Positions 39,411 to 50,652 of a stretch of DNA of 64,000 nucleotides are shown in pieces. The stretch is from Polyangiales bacterium (GTDB lineage: Bacteria > Myxococcota_A > Polyangia > Polyangiales > JADJQN01): positions 352,001 to 416,000 of the forward strand of contig CAXNJO010000004.1 in assembly GCA_964202905.1 (NCBI GenBank), given 5' to 3'. The notes beneath the pieces are model-generated. The model worked only from the letters and a program-made list of their open reading frames with translations, searched no databases and was not told where the DNA came from. Position numbers and translations under genes: made by a program. Positions within the stretch are counted from its first letter, which is position 1; every line of letters begins with the position of its first letter.

Positions 39411-40054
39411 CCGCTCCCCCCCTCGTCCGGCGCAGGCTGCTCCCCAGAGCGGGGCTGGGACGCAGCCGCGGCGAATGCGACGGGGCGGGACGAGGCGGCG
39501 GTCGACGGAACAGGCCCCGAGGGGGCAGGCCTCGACGCCACGCGGGTGGAGATCTCGGCGGGGGGCGCAGCGTGCGGCGCCATCGTGGCCCCGGCGCCCG
39601 TCGACGACTTCAGCAGTGTCGACAGCGCCTCCATGAACTCGTGGATGTCCTTGAACTCGCGGTACACGCTCGCGAAGCGCACGTAGGCCACCTGGTCGAG
39701 CTCGCGGAGGTGCGTCATGACGCGCTCGCCGATGGCCGAAGAGGCGACTTCCTTCTCGCCCGTCTCGACGAGCTCGCGCTCGATCGCATCGACGAAGCGC
39801 TCGAGATCTTCCGAGGAGACGGGGCGCTTCTCGACCGCGCGTCGCAGGCCGGCGAGCACCTTCATGCGGTCGAAGGCCTCGCGCCGGTCGTCCTTCTTGA
39901 TCACGAGCGGCAGGACCTGCTCGACCCGCTCGTAGGTCGTGTAGCGGCGGCCGCAGGACTCGCACTCACGCCGTCGGCGCGTGACCTCACCGCCCGCCGA
40001 CAGCCGCGAGTCGATGACCTTGTTCTCGAGGGTGGCGCAGAACGGGCACTTCAT
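39407..40054 (-). CDS. nrdR: Transcriptional repressor NrdR with a low-complexity C-terminal tail
   Basis: MKCPFC, VIDSR, RRRREC, ATP cone, AYVRFASVY. Confidence 0.96.
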   Translation of the reverse strand: MKCPFCATLENKVIDSRLSAGGEVTRRRRECESCGRRYTTYERVEQVLPLVIKKDDRREAFDRMKVLAGLRRAVEKRPVSSEDLERFVDAIERELVETGEKEVASSAIGERVMTHLRELDQVAYVRFASVYREFKDIHEFMEALSTLLKSSTGAGATMAPHAAPPAEISTRVASRPAPSGPVPSTAASSRPVAFAAAASQPRSGEQPAPDEGGSG

Positions 40055-40098
40055 GCGCCGCCGACGCTACGATCGGCGCTCCGGCACCGCAATCGCAA

Positions 40099-41389
40099 TC
40101 ACCGCGGCGCCGCGCGGACCAGCCGCACGACCGACTCGACGTGGGCCGTCTGCGGGAACATGTCGAGCGCGACGGCCTCGTCCGGCGCGTAGCCGAGGGC
40201 GCGGAACCGCGCGAGGTCGCGCCCGAGCGTCGCCGTGTCGCACGACACGTACACGATGCGCTGCGGGCGGCGGCGCGCGATCGCCTCGAGCGCGTCGCGG
40301 GCGCCGGCGCGCGGCGGATCGAGCACGACCACGTCGGCCGGCCCACCGTCGAAGGCGCCCGCGTCGGCGGCGACCACCCGCACGGCGGTGAGCCCGCGGC
40401 GCGCGAGGTTTTCGCGGCAAGCCGCGACGGCCGCCGCGTCGGACTCCACCGCGACGAGCGCCGCCGCGCCGGGCGCGAGCGCGACGGTCAGGTTGCCGTG
40501 CCCGGCATAGAGTTCGAGCACCCGCTGACCCGCCGCGCCGGCGAGCCGCACGACGTGCGCCACCAGCGCCGCGTTGACGCCCGCATGCGCCTGCGAGAAG
40601 CCGGCCACCGCGCCGATGAGCGGCAGCCCGTCGGCGCCGACGGTGTGCTCGCGCGGGTCTCCCCAGAGCGCGGGGGCGACGGCCCCGCCCGCGCGCAGGG
40701 CGACCCCGGCGATCCCCGGCACGGTCGCCAGCGCCGCGCACGCCTCGAACACCGCCGTGCCTTGCGCCGCCTCGCTCGATACGACGACGACGGCCTCTCT
40801 CGCGGGTCCGCGCTGCGAGAGCGCGAGGTGCACCTCGCCCTCTCCGGCGAGGCGGGGCAGAAGCGACCGACGCACGGCGCCGAGCGCCGCCTCCAACTCG
40901 GGGGCGAGCACCGCGCAGTCATCTGTATCAACGACGACACTCGATCGGCGACCGCGGTAACCGAGACACGCGCCGCGACCGCCGCGGAACACCATCCTCG
41001 CCCGGCGTCGGTAGCCGAGCGGTGCGCCGACCCCTTCAATCGCGACCGGGACGGCCAGCGGCCCGACCGCATCCGCGACGAAGCGCAGTTTCCAGCGACG
41101 CTGCGCGTCGAGCGACGCGATCATCCACGGGCAGCCGCCGCAGCGCTCGACCCGCGGACACGCGGGCGCGACGCGCTCCGGCGACGCCAGCAGGATCGCG
41201 TCGATGTCGCCCGCGCAGCGCGCCGCCCTCGCGGCGGACCTCGCGCAGGCGGACACGCTCACCCGGGAGCGCCCCCGCGGCGAACACGACGCCACGTGGC
41301 GTGTCGAGCACGGCCTCGCCGCCGCGCGCGACGTCCCGAGCGTCGCCCTCGAGCGACGGCGTCGACGGCGGGTCGTTGGCAGGTGCCAT
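40099..41389 (-). CDS. RlmD/TrmA-type RNA (uracil-5)-methyltransferase (+1 frameshift near 41211)
   Basis: TRAM-like N-terminus (ALPGERV) in one frame; CPRVERCGGC, ELYAGHG, DPPRAG, YVSCD and DMFPQTAHVE in the next frame. Confidence 0.85.
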
Positions 41390-41395
41390 GCGTCC

Positions 41396-42028
41396 TCAGG
41401 GGAAGCGCTGCGCCGGGCGCCCGCGGTTGTAGAGGAAGTCGAACGAGCCGGAGAGCGTCGCGCGGCGCGCCTCCGGTGCGGCGGGGTCGACGAGCGTCAC
41501 GTCGTCGAGCGTGCCGACGATCGCGGGCGAGCCCCCGGCCGCGGGGTCGTAGACCTCCGCGAAGGTGACGGTGCCGCCGACACCCTCGAGGAGCACCGGC
41601 GCCTCGTGCCGGAGCGCGGGACAAGTCGCGTTGAGGTAGAGCGAGACCTTCAGCGCGTCGTCCCTCGACCCGGTCGCGACGGGGATCGGCGTCCCGCGGC
41701 CGGCCTCGAGGATGCCCCGGCTCGAGAGCACGTCGATCCAGAGGCCGTCGCTGCGCAGCGGCAGATCGCTCCCGCGCTGGATCCGGAGGTGGAGCCCGTC
41801 GCGAAGCCCCTCGGCGACGAAGAAATCGGGCTCGAGCGCCCAGGGCGCGTCAACCAGCCCGCAGTCTCGCACGGTCACGACCCCGCCGACCTCGCCCTCG
41901 CCCGCCCCCGGGTTGCACGACACGCCGGCGACCAGGGCGACCGCGAGCGCAGCGCGAACGAGCGTGGCGCGCGCGGCGCATCGACGTCGATCAGACGATG
42001 TAGCCACCGGCGACGACCTCCTCCCCAC
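41396..42028 (-). CDS. Hypothetical lipoprotein (start uncertain)
   Basis: Hydrophobic stretch ending VAGVSC; C-terminus RGRPAQRFP. Confidence 0.65.
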   Translation of the reverse strand: MGRRSSPVATSSDRRRCAARATLVRAALAVALVAGVSCNPGAGEGEVGGVVTVRDCGLVDAPWALEPDFFVAEGLRDGLHLRIQRGSDLPLRSDGLWIDVLSSRGILEAGRGTPIPVATGSRDDALKVSLYLNATCPALRHEAPVLLEGVGGTVTFAEVYDPAAGGSPAIVGTLDDVTLVDPAAPEARRATLSGSFDFLYNRGRPAQRFP

Positions 42029-43094
42029 GGTAGACGACGGCGGCTTGGCCAGGCGTGAGCGCCCGCTGCGGCACGTGGAAGGTCGCCTCGAACCCGCCCG
42101 GCGTCGGCGTGACGAGCGCCGCGGCAGGCGTGTGACGGTGACGCACGCGCACCAGCGCCTCGAAGGGTGTTGAGGGAGCCGCTGCGCTCCACGCGACGTC
42201 GCGTGCCCGCAGCGACGAGGACGCGAGCGCGTCGTCCGCGCCGACGATCACATCGCCGGTATCTGAAACGATACGAAGCACGTAACGAGGCGGCGCGCCG
42301 CCCGCGAGTCCGAGCCCACGGCGCTGCCCGACCGTGAAGCGATGGACCCCGCCGTGCTGCCCCAGCGCGACGCCTGACTCATCGATGATACGACCCGATT
42401 GGGGCGACGCGCCCTGCCCCTCCACGAAGCCACCGACGTCGCCGTCGGGCACGAAGCAGAGCTCTTGCGAATCCGGCTTGTCCGCGTTGGGGACGCCCAG
42501 CCTGCGCCCTTCGGCGCGGGTCTCGTCCTTCGTGAGATCGCCGAGCGGGAAGAGAAGCCGGCCGAGCACGGACGCGGGCGCGCCGAACAGGAAGTAACTC
42601 TGGTCCTTGTCCGCGTCGTGGCCGCGCAACAGACGCGGCTGGTCGTCGGCATCGTATTCGATACGCGCGTAGTGGCCGGTCGCGACGTGCGTGGCGCCAA
42701 AGGCGTCGGCGAGCGCCACGAGGCGGGTCAGCTTCACGTGTTGGTTGCAGGCGACGCACGGCGCCGGGGTCGTCCCGGAGGCGTAGGCCGCGACGAACGG
42801 GTCGACGACGCGCTCGCGGAAGAGCGCGCGCTCGTCGACCACGTAGTGGGGGATGCCGAGGTGGTCGCAGACGCGGCGCGCGTCCTCGCGGTCCTCGGGC
42901 GCGCAGCATCGACCGACCTTCGCCGCGCCGGAGGCGTCCCAGAGGTGCAGCGTCGCCCCCACGACCTCGAGGCCGCGCGCGTGCAGCAACGCGGCCGCCA
43001 CGGACGAGTCGGCCCCCCCGCTCATCGCGACGACGACGCGGCCGATACGGGGGCCGGAGGCGGGGCGCTGGGGCGGCGCGGAGGGATCGTTCAC
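41991..43094 (-). CDS. mnmA: tRNA 2-thiouridine(34) synthase
   Basis: AMSGGADSS, PCVACN, ATGHYAR, KDQSYFL, DSQELCF, TVGQRRG, TPGQAAV. Confidence 0.96.
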   Translation of the reverse strand: MNDPSAPPQRPASGPRIGRVVVAMSGGADSSVAAALLHARGLEVVGATLHLWDASGAAKVGRCCAPEDREDARRVCDHLGIPHYVVDERALFRERVVDPFVAAYASGTTPAPCVACNQHVKLTRLVALADAFGATHVATGHYARIEYDADDQPRLLRGHDADKDQSYFLFGAPASVLGRLLFPLGDLTKDETRAEGRRLGVPNADKPDSQELCFVPDGDVGGFVEGQGASPQSGRIIDESGVALGQHGGVHRFTVGQRRGLGLAGGAPPRYVLRIVSDTGDVIVGADDALASSSLRARDVAWSAAAPSTPFEALVRVRHRHTPAAALVTPTPGGFEATFHVPQRALTPGQAAVVYRGEEVVAGGYIV

Positions 43095-44254
43095 GACGCG
43101 GATATAGCGCCTCGGCCGAGGCGTGCGAGCACCCTGTCGAGCGCGGAGAGCGCCGCGTCGACGTCCGCGTCGCAGGACTCGGGGCCGAGCGAGAGGCGGA
43201 GCGCCCCCTCGGCGCGCCAGGGGGCGTCGGGGTGGAGCGCGCGCACGCCGGGGGATGGCGCGGGGAGCCCCGACGCGCACGCGGCGCCGCTCGACACGCA
43301 CACGCCTTCGAGGTCGAGCGCCGCGACGAGCACATCGCCGCGGAGCCCCTCGAACGCGACGTTCGTGACGGTCGCGACGCGCTCGACGCCGGGGGCAAAG
43401 CCGTTGACGACCGCCCCCCGCACGAGGAGCCCGGCCTCGAGGCGGGCGCGGAGCGTGGCGATCCGGGGCATCGCGTCGAGGCGCGCCGCGACGCCGCGCG
43501 CCGCCGCACCGAAGCCCACCGCGGCCCGCACCTCGGGCGTCCCGGGACGTCGACCGCGCTCCTGACCGCCACCCGCGAGCACCGGCCAGATCGTGCGGTC
43601 CCGGGCGATCCAGACGGCGCCCGCGCCGTGCGGACCGCCGAGCTTCGACGCCGCGAACGCGACGGCAGAGGCCCCGAGCGTGCCGACCGCGACGGGCACT
43701 TTGCCGACGGCTTGCGAGGCATCGACGACGAGCGGGACGCCGCGCGCGCGACACACGGCCGCGTACGACGCGACCGGAAAGACCAGCCCGGTCTCGTGGT
43801 TCACCCATTGGAGCGCGACCAGCCGCGTGTCTGGACGGATCGCGGCGTCGAGGGATGCGGGGTCGGGCGGGGCTCTGCCCGGAACCGGGAGGGTCGTCAC
43901 CGCTGCGCCGCGGGCCACGAGCCGCGCGACGGACTCGGTGACGGCGGGGTGCTCGATCGCCGTCGTCACGACGTGCGCAGGCACGTCGCCGGGTGCGAAA
44001 GCGCCGAGCACCGCGGTCGCGACGGCCTCGGTGCCACCGCTCGTGAAGACGAGGTCGGCCGCGTCGGCGCCGACGGCCGCGGCCACTGCACGCCGCGCGT
44101 CCTCGAGGAGCGCACGCGCACGTCGCCCGGCCGCGTGCACGCTGGCCGGGTTGGCCCAGGCGTCTGCCTCGCTCTCGCGCATCGCGCGCAGCGCCGCGGC
44201 GGCGAGCGGCGTCGCGGCGTGGTGGTCGAGGTAGATCGGCGGCGCCAAGCCCAC
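43091..44254 (-). CDS. IscS-like cysteine desulfurase
   Basis: YLDHHAATP, FTSGGTEA, VNHETG, ASKLGGP, SSGAAC; coupled to mnmA. Confidence 0.92.
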   Translation of the reverse strand: MGLAPPIYLDHHAATPLAAAALRAMRESEADAWANPASVHAAGRRARALLEDARRAVAAAVGADAADLVFTSGGTEAVATAVLGAFAPGDVPAHVVTTAIEHPAVTESVARLVARGAAVTTLPVPGRAPPDPASLDAAIRPDTRLVALQWVNHETGLVFPVASYAAVCRARGVPLVVDASQAVGKVPVAVGTLGASAVAFAASKLGGPHGAGAVWIARDRTIWPVLAGGGQERGRRPGTPEVRAAVGFGAAARGVAARLDAMPRIATLRARLEAGLLVRGAVVNGFAPGVERVATVTNVAFEGLRGDVLVAALDLEGVCVSSGAACASGLPAPSPGVRALHPDAPWRAEGALRLSLGPESCDADVDAALSALDRVLARLGRGAISAS

Positions 44255-44323
44255 GCGGGGCAGCCTATCAGGGCCCCCGCCCTTGACGCGACGTTCGTCG
44301 CGGCGTTACGTCCTCCAAACCGG

Positions 44324-45802
44324 ATGGCGCAAGACCTCGGACCGCGATTGATCCGGGCGGGCCTCCTGACGCGGGGGGAGCTGGCCCAAGCCTTGGCCGG
44401 CGGGCCCGTGAGGGGCGGCGCCCTCATCGCGGCGCTCGTCGATGGCGGGCTGCCGGAGGAGTCCCTCGTCGGCTTCTTCGTCGCCGAAGGCGCAGCCCCC
44501 CAGGCCTCTGCGGAGGCCCTCGGCGCGCCCGACCCGGCGCTCGTACGGCTCGTGCCCCGCGCGCTCGCCGAGGCACTTTGTGCGCTCCCGCTGCGCCACG
44601 CCGCGGACGGCGTCGTCGCAGCCTTCGCCGACCCGACGGACGGCCACGCGCGGGCCGAACTCGCGCGGGCCCTCGGCGTGAGCGTGAGCCCAGAGACCGC
44701 GCGGCTCTCGACGCTGCGCGACGCGATCCGCGAGGCATTCGCGCGGCTCGACGAGGACGCCGCGTCCATCGACGTGGTGGTGGATCTCGAGGGATTCTTC
44801 GACGATGAACCGCCGGTCGCGCTCGTCCGTCGGCGCACGTCCTTCCCCGCGCCCGCAGCATCGTTCCCGCCGACGCCGAGCATCGACGACGACCTCCACG
44901 TGCCGCTCGTACGCACGAAGTCCATCGCCGTCCCCCCCGCCGTCGCCATGCCATTCGTCGGCGGCGCACCCTCCGGCAGCGCGCCGTGCAAGGACGCCCC
45001 CCGCCCGCGCATCCAGACGCGCGGCCTGGAGCGCCCCGGGAGCGAGGTGCCCCGGACCGCGGTGACCGTGGGCGATGCGCGCGCGCCCATCGCCACCGTC
45101 CCTCTCATCCCCCTCGGACCCGTCACCTCCGGGACCGCTGCCGTCCCGGCCGCGTCCTCCGCCGGCCGCGCCGACGATCTCTGGAGCACGCTGCCGCCCG
45201 CGACAACACGCGCGAGTCGGCCCCCGGCGACGTCGGACGGCACCGCGTCACAGTCCGAGACCGCCACGCTCCCCGGGCACCCCGCGCCGGTCGCGCCCGA
45301 CGCGCTGGCCGACGACCTGGGCGACGCGCTCCCCGACGTCGCACCGCTGCTCGCCGCGCTGCGCAGCGCCCCGACGCGCGACGAGGCAGTCCGACTGGCC
45401 TGCGAGGCCGCCCTTCCCGCCTGTCGTTGCGTCGTCTTCCTCGCGCTGAAGCGGGACGTGCTGCAAGGGCGCGACGTGCGCGGCGGCGGCGTCTCGCGCG
45501 AGGCGGTGTTCAACCTCTGGATCCCGGTGAAGAGCGCCTCCGTGTTCCGCGAGGCGATCGCGAGGGGGGTGCCCCACCTCGGCCCGTACGGCAGCTCGTC
45601 CGCGGACGCCATCTACAAGGTCGCCGTCGGCAGCGACGGCGGCGATGCGCTCGTGCAACCCGTGCTCGTCGCAGGTAAGGCCATCGCGGTGCTCTGCGGG
45701 GACGGAATGCGCCACGGGGCGCGCGGCGTTCGGCGCGTCGAGGCCCTCGCGGGCGCGCTCGGCGATGCCTTCGAGCGGCTCATCCTCCACAAGAAAGCCT
45801 GA
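44324..45802 (+). CDS. GspE-N/MshEN-like domain protein with a Pro-rich linker and C-terminal GAF-like domain
   Basis: [28 protein letters not shown]...ALPL...AFADP; C-terminal [12 protein letters not shown]. Confidence 0.65.
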   Translation: MAQDLGPRLIRAGLLTRGELAQALAGGPVRGGALIAALVDGGLPEESLVGFFVAEGAAPQASAEALGAPDPALVRLVPRALAEALCALPLRHAADGVVAAFADPTDGHARAELARALGVSVSPETARLSTLRDAIREAFARLDEDAASIDVVVDLEGFFDDEPPVALVRRRTSFPAPAASFPPTPSIDDDLHVPLVRTKSIAVPPAVAMPFVGGAPSGSAPCKDAPRPRIQTRGLERPGSEVPRTAVTVGDARAPIATVPLIPLGPVTSGTAAVPAASSAGRADDLWSTLPPATTRASRPPATSDGTASQSETATLPGHPAPVAPDALADDLGDALPDVAPLLAALRSAPTRDEAVRLACEAALPACRCVVFLALKRDVLQGRDVRGGGVSREAVFNLWIPVKSASVFREAIARGVPHLGPYGSSSADAIYKVAVGSDGGDALVQPVLVAGKAIAVLCGDGMRHGARGVRRVEALAGALGDAFERLILHKKA

Positions 45803-45804
45803 CC

Positions 45805-47517
45805 ATGACGGACGAACACGAACGCGCTCCCACCGCTCCCGCGCACGCGTCCCCGACGCGCGATGACCTCGAGCGCGCGCACGCGCGCTGGCACGGTGAC
45901 GTCCTCGGGCGCTTCGAGCAGAAGTCACCGCCGCGGGAGCGCGCCGCACTGCTCGCGCAAGGCGGCGACGCCGCGCCGCTCTACACGCCGCTCGACACGG
46001 CGGAGGCCGCCTACCTCGAGCGAATCGGCTTCCCCGGTGAACCGCCATTCACCCGCGGCATCCAGCCGAACATGTACCGCGGGCGGCACTGGACGATGCG
46101 GCAGTACGCCGGCTTCGGCACCGCGGCCGAGTCGAACGAGCGCTACCACTACCTCCTGAAGAACGGTCAAACGGGCCTCAGCGTCGCCTTCGATCTGCCC
46201 ACGCAGATGGGGCGCGACAGCGATCACACCCTCGCGCGCGGCGAGGTGGGCAAGGTCGGCGTCGCGATCGACTCGCTCGACGACATGGAGACGTTGCTGC
46301 GCGGCATCCCGCTCGACCGCGTGTCGACGTCGATGACGATCAACTCGACGGCCTCGATCCTCCTCGCGCTCTACGTCGTCGTCGCAGAGAAACAGGGCAT
46401 TCCCAGCACGGCGCTCCGCGGCACCATTCAGAACGACATCCTCAAGGAGTACGTCGCGCGCGGCACGTACATCTACCCGCCGCGGCCCTCGCTGCGGATC
46501 ATCAACGACATCTTCGCGTGGTCGGCCACGCACGCGCCGAAGTGGAACACGATCTCGATCAGCGGCTACCACATGCGGGAGGCCGGCTGCGACGCGATCC
46601 AAGAGGTCGCGTTCACGCTCGCGGACGGCATCGCGTACGTCGAGACGGCCATCGCCGCGGGCCTCGACGTCGACACCTTCGGCAAGCAGCTGTCGTTCTT
46701 CTTCAACGGTCACAACAACGTGATCGAGGAAGTCGCGAAGTTCCGCGCGGCGCGGCGGCTCTGGGGCTCGATCATGCGCGAGCGTTTCGGCGCGCGCTCA
46801 CGCGAGGCCTGTGCGCTCAAGTTCCACGTGCAGACGGCCGGCTCGACGCTGCAGGCACAACAGCCGATGGTGAACGCGATCCGCACGACGCTGCAGGCCC
46901 TCGCGGCCGTGCTCGGCGGTGCGCAGTCGCTGCACACGAACAGCTTCGACGAGGCGCTCTCGCTGCCGACGGAAGAGAGCGCCACGCTCGCGCTGCGCAC
47001 GCAGCAGGTGATCGCGTACGAGAGCGGCGTCGCGGACATCGTCGACGCGCTCGGCGGCGCGTACGCGATCGAGGCCATGACGGATCGGATCGAGGCCGGC
47101 GCCCGCGAGTACCTCGCGAAGATCGACCGCCTCGGCGGCATGGTCCCCGCGATCGAGCAGGGCTATCCGCAGCGCGAGATTCAGGACTCCGCGTACCGCT
47201 ACCAGCTGCAGATCGAGCGCGGAGAGCGCGTGATCGTCGGCGTGAACCGCTTCCAGGGGAAGTCGGCGAGCGTGCCCATCCTGCGCGTCGATCCGCAACT
47301 CGAGCGCGAGCAGGTCGCGCGCCTGCAAGCCGTCCGCGCCCGGCGCGACGAGGCCGCGGCCCGCGCCGCGTGCGCCCGCGTCGAGCAGGTCGCACGCGAC
47401 GGCGGCAACCTCATGCCACCGGTCCTCGACGCCGTCCGCGCGCTCGCGACCGTCGGCGAGATCTCGGACGCGATGCGCGGGGTGTTCGGCGAGCACACGG
47501 AGACGCTCACGATCTGA
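45805..47517 (+). CDS. Methylmalonyl-CoA mutase, substrate-binding large subunit
   Basis: WTMRQYAGF (Tyr), [12 protein letters not shown] (Arg), [16 protein letters not shown]. No B12-binding DxHxxG domain. Confidence 0.93.
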   Translation: MTDEHERAPTAPAHASPTRDDLERAHARWHGDVLGRFEQKSPPRERAALLAQGGDAAPLYTPLDTAEAAYLERIGFPGEPPFTRGIQPNMYRGRHWTMRQYAGFGTAAESNERYHYLLKNGQTGLSVAFDLPTQMGRDSDHTLARGEVGKVGVAIDSLDDMETLLRGIPLDRVSTSMTINSTASILLALYVVVAEKQGIPSTALRGTIQNDILKEYVARGTYIYPPRPSLRIINDIFAWSATHAPKWNTISISGYHMREAGCDAIQEVAFTLADGIAYVETAIAAGLDVDTFGKQLSFFFNGHNNVIEEVAKFRAARRLWGSIMRERFGARSREACALKFHVQTAGSTLQAQQPMVNAIRTTLQALAAVLGGAQSLHTNSFDEALSLPTEESATLALRTQQVIAYESGVADIVDALGGAYAIEAMTDRIEAGAREYLAKIDRLGGMVPAIEQGYPQREIQDSAYRYQLQIERGERVIVGVNRFQGKSASVPILRVDPQLEREQVARLQAVRARRDEAAARAACARVEQVARDGGNLMPPVLDAVRALATVGEISDAMRGVFGEHTETLTI

Positions 47518-47653
47518 CCGCGGCGCGCCCGCACGACCGCCGTCCTGCGAGCCCGGCATGCGCGAGCGTGGACTCGCTTTGACGCGCAGCCCGCGGACGT
47601 GCACCCTCGCGCGCCCCGATCGGCACCGTGCTCGCCACGTGAAAGGACCCACC

Positions 47654-48133
47654 ATGAAGATCGCTCAAGACGCCGTCGTCGCCTTCGATTACACGCTCAA
47701 GGACGAGGAAGGGACGGTCCTCGACGAGAGCGGGGGCGAGCCGCTCGTCTACCTGCACGGACACGGCATGATCGTCCCGGGACTCGAGGGCGCGCTCACC
47801 GGTCGCGGCGTCGGCGAGAACGTGAAGGCGGTCGTCGCCCCGGCCGATGGCTACGGGGAGCGCACCGAGGATGGCGCGATGCGCGTCGAGCGCGCGAGGC
47901 TTCCGCGCGACTTCGACGCCGAGCCGGGGATGCCGATCGAGGCCGCCGCGCCGGACGGCACGTCGATCACGTTGTGGGTCGTCGATGCGGACGCGGAGGC
48001 GATCTTCGTAAGCCCCGACCACCCGCTCGCGGGCGTCACGCTGCACTTCGACGTCACGATCCGCGACGTGCGCGCGGCGACGGCCGACGAGCTCGCGCAC
48101 GGCCACGTGCACGGCCCCGGCGGCGCGCACTGA
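47654..48133 (+). CDS. slyD: SlyD-type FKBP PPIase
   Basis: YLHGHGMIVPGLE, HPLAGVTLHF, ELAHGHVHGPGGAH. Confidence 0.92.
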   Translation: MKIAQDAVVAFDYTLKDEEGTVLDESGGEPLVYLHGHGMIVPGLEGALTGRGVGENVKAVVAPADGYGERTEDGAMRVERARLPRDFDAEPGMPIEAAAPDGTSITLWVVDADAEAIFVSPDHPLAGVTLHFDVTIRDVRAATADELAHGHVHGPGGAH

Positions 48134-48228
48134 CGCAACCCGCCAACACGTTGCGCTCCCCTCGCTGACGCACACGCGCCGCCCCGCACCCGCTGAACGG
48201 GCGGCGCGGCGGCGCATGTCAGGGGAGT

Positions 48229-50372
48229 TCAGGCGTCCGCGTCGTCCTCGGCGTCTTCGTCGTCGGCGATGTCCGAGTCGTCTTCGGCGTCCTCATCGCT
48301 GGACGCGTCGCCCACCGCGTCGTCCTCGGCGTCCTCGTCCTCGGCCGTCCTCGTCGTCGTCCGCGTCGTCGCTCGACTCGTGGTCGTGCTCGTGCACGGC
48401 CTCGCCGTCATCGTCCCCGGAAGAAGGCGGCAGGAGCGGCTCGTCGTCGTCCTCGTCGCTGGTCTCCGGGGGCGCACCCACGCGCGGCACGGACGGGCTC
48501 GACGCAGCGCCAGCCTCCTCGGTGGTCTCTGGCAGCCGACGCGTCTCGTCCTCGCCTGCGGCGGAGCCCGCCTCGGCCGTTGCCGGCTCTCCCTGCGCGA
48601 GCTCACGGGCCTCGCGCTCCTCGCGGCGCCCGTGCCGTTCACGGCGCCCGCCTTCGCGCGGCTCGCGGCCCCCTTCGCGGGGGCCTGTCTCCCGCGCGCC
48701 GCCCGCGTCACGGGCGTCTCGGCGGTCGTCACGCGGACGCTCGTCGGGACGCGACGGCGGCGCGCTGCCCTGCAGGTTGTCGAGCAGGTCGAGGTCGAGG
48801 GTCGTCAGCGGGACGACGTGGCGTCGCAGGCCGACGCCGACGCGCTCCATCGCCCGTGCGAGACCGACGCCGTCGAAGCAGGCCACGGGCGCCGTCCCCG
48901 GGACTGCAGCCTCCTCGCGGGCGCCCGACAGGACCTGCCCCGTCGTGATGAGCCAGCCCGCGCTCGCGCTGCCGTAGTGGTGCAGGGAGCCACGCACTTC
49001 GATGACGCGCTCGCGGCCGATCTCGCGGCCGTCACGGCGCGCCACGATGGCGAGACGCGTCTCGTCGTGCCCGCGCTTGAGCGTGCCGGCGAGGTGCAAC
49101 TCGCCGGGCTGCGCGCCTGGCCGCCGCACCGCACGCAACGCGACGACGCCTTCGACGTTGAGCCACGTCGCGAGCAGCTCGGCGAAGCCCGCCCCCGGCA
49201 GCTCGCGCACGCGCCGCAGGAATGCCTGACGCACCTGCTCGCGCTGACGATCCGCGGAGCGGACTGCATCCTGTTCGTAGCGAACGGCCTCGCCCGGGAG
49301 CGACCAGTCCGTGAGCGCGACGCGCCCGAGCACCACGCGGAAACGGGGCCGCACGGTCTCGGCCTCACGCCGCGCGATGTCCGCCCGGACTGCGGCGGCG
49401 ATCGTCGGCACGAGCATGACGGGGTCGCCCGCGAGCCGGCCGCGACGTACGAGCTGCTCGGCCACACGCGCGAGCGGCTGCGGCTGGCGCTCGAGCGCCG
49501 CCATGACGGTGAACACGGCGTCGGCGAGGTCCTTGCCGACGAGCTCGCCGTCGACGTGCTCGCGGTTCGGATCGCCGCGCAACGGCTCCTCGCGGAGGCG
49601 CTCCTCACGGCCACGGTCCTCGCGGAGCCGGTCCTCGCGGCCCCGATCCTCGCGCAGCGCGCGCTCCTCACGCGGCGCGCGCTCCTCACGCGCGACGCTC
49701 CTCACGCGGACGCTCCTCGCGGGGCCCACGCTCGGGGCGCTCGAGCCGGGCGGGACGCTCGACGCTCGACTCCGACCGCGGCGCCTCCGGGCCGGTCTCG
49801 GCCCCCTCGGGCCCGCCGCGACGACGACGACGACGACGACGACGGCCGCCGTCACCCGCGGCGCCCTTGTCACCCGCCTGCGCCTGCTTCTCGTCCTTGT
49901 CGAGGCCCCCGAGGATCGGCTCGTCGTCGTCCTCTTCCTCCGGGAACACATCGGAGCCGGGGAGCGGCTTCGACGCCTTCTTGGCGGGCTTCTCGACGAC
50001 GGCTGCCTCGGCGGCCTCCGTCGGCTCGGGGGACTCGGCGGCCTCCTCGCCCGACTCGGCGACCTCGACGGCCTCGTGCGAGGCCTCCTCGGCGGCGGCG
50101 TTGGGGTCGTCCGGAAGTTCGGCCGCAGCGGCCTCGATCACCTCGCGACCGAAGTCGCGCAGCCCGAAGACGCCGGGCTTGACCTTGATGATGAGCGAGT
50201 CGGCGGCTTCCTTCTTCACGAGGGTCGCGAGACGCGACGACATCGTGACTTCGGGCGTCTTGCCCACGTGCGAGAGGAGATTCTTCTGAATCGCCAGCTC
50301 GGTGATCTTCTTGTAGTGCAGAGGCTTACCGGTGAGACGGAGTACCTCGATCGCGGCTTCCGTGAACGTCAT
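48229..50372 (-). CDS. HARE-HTH plus degenerate Mrr-like nuclease-fold protein with charged disordered regions (frameshifts near 49692 and 48346)
   Basis: MTFTEAAIEVLR...PLHYKKITELA...GKTPEVTM (HARE-HTH); FAELLATWL...GWLITTG...FDGVGLA (Mrr_cat-like); acidic tail to TGA at 48229. Confidence 0.75.
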
Positions 50373-50652
50373 TGGAGCGAGTCTCGGGGATGGAGATGGA
50401 ACCGAAGCCGGGACGGCCGTCGCAAGACGGCACCGGGAGCGGCGGCGCGCCGTGACCCTTCACACGGGACGCGCAAGCGATGCCCCCGACGGGAGCGCTC
50501 TGCCCGGGACGCGGTGCGACGCGCGCAGGGGCGCACGTCACGAGAGTCTCCAGGTTGCGAGCGACATCCACACCGGCGGCCGGACCCTATCACCCCCCCC
50601 CAGCGACCGCCAGCACCGCAAGGCGCGCGGTCACGCGCTATCCTCCCCGCGC

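Noticed and set aside
39411..39965. RibD deaminase domain hidden in the extended ORF 38673-39965
   Set aside because: That stretch is an alternative frame of nrdR and has no HAE or PCxxC motif.
40054..40099. FMN riboswitch for the rib operon
   Set aside because: No space for it and no RFN consensus upstream of nrdR or ribD.
45805..47517. Isobutyryl-CoA or other variant mutase
   Set aside because: The Tyr (RQYAG) and Arg (YVARG) specificity residues match methylmalonyl-CoA mutase.
48229..50372. Active type IV restriction system or true pseudogene
   Set aside because: Catalytic residues appear absent, the context is housekeeping, and the frameshifts resemble sequencing errors.
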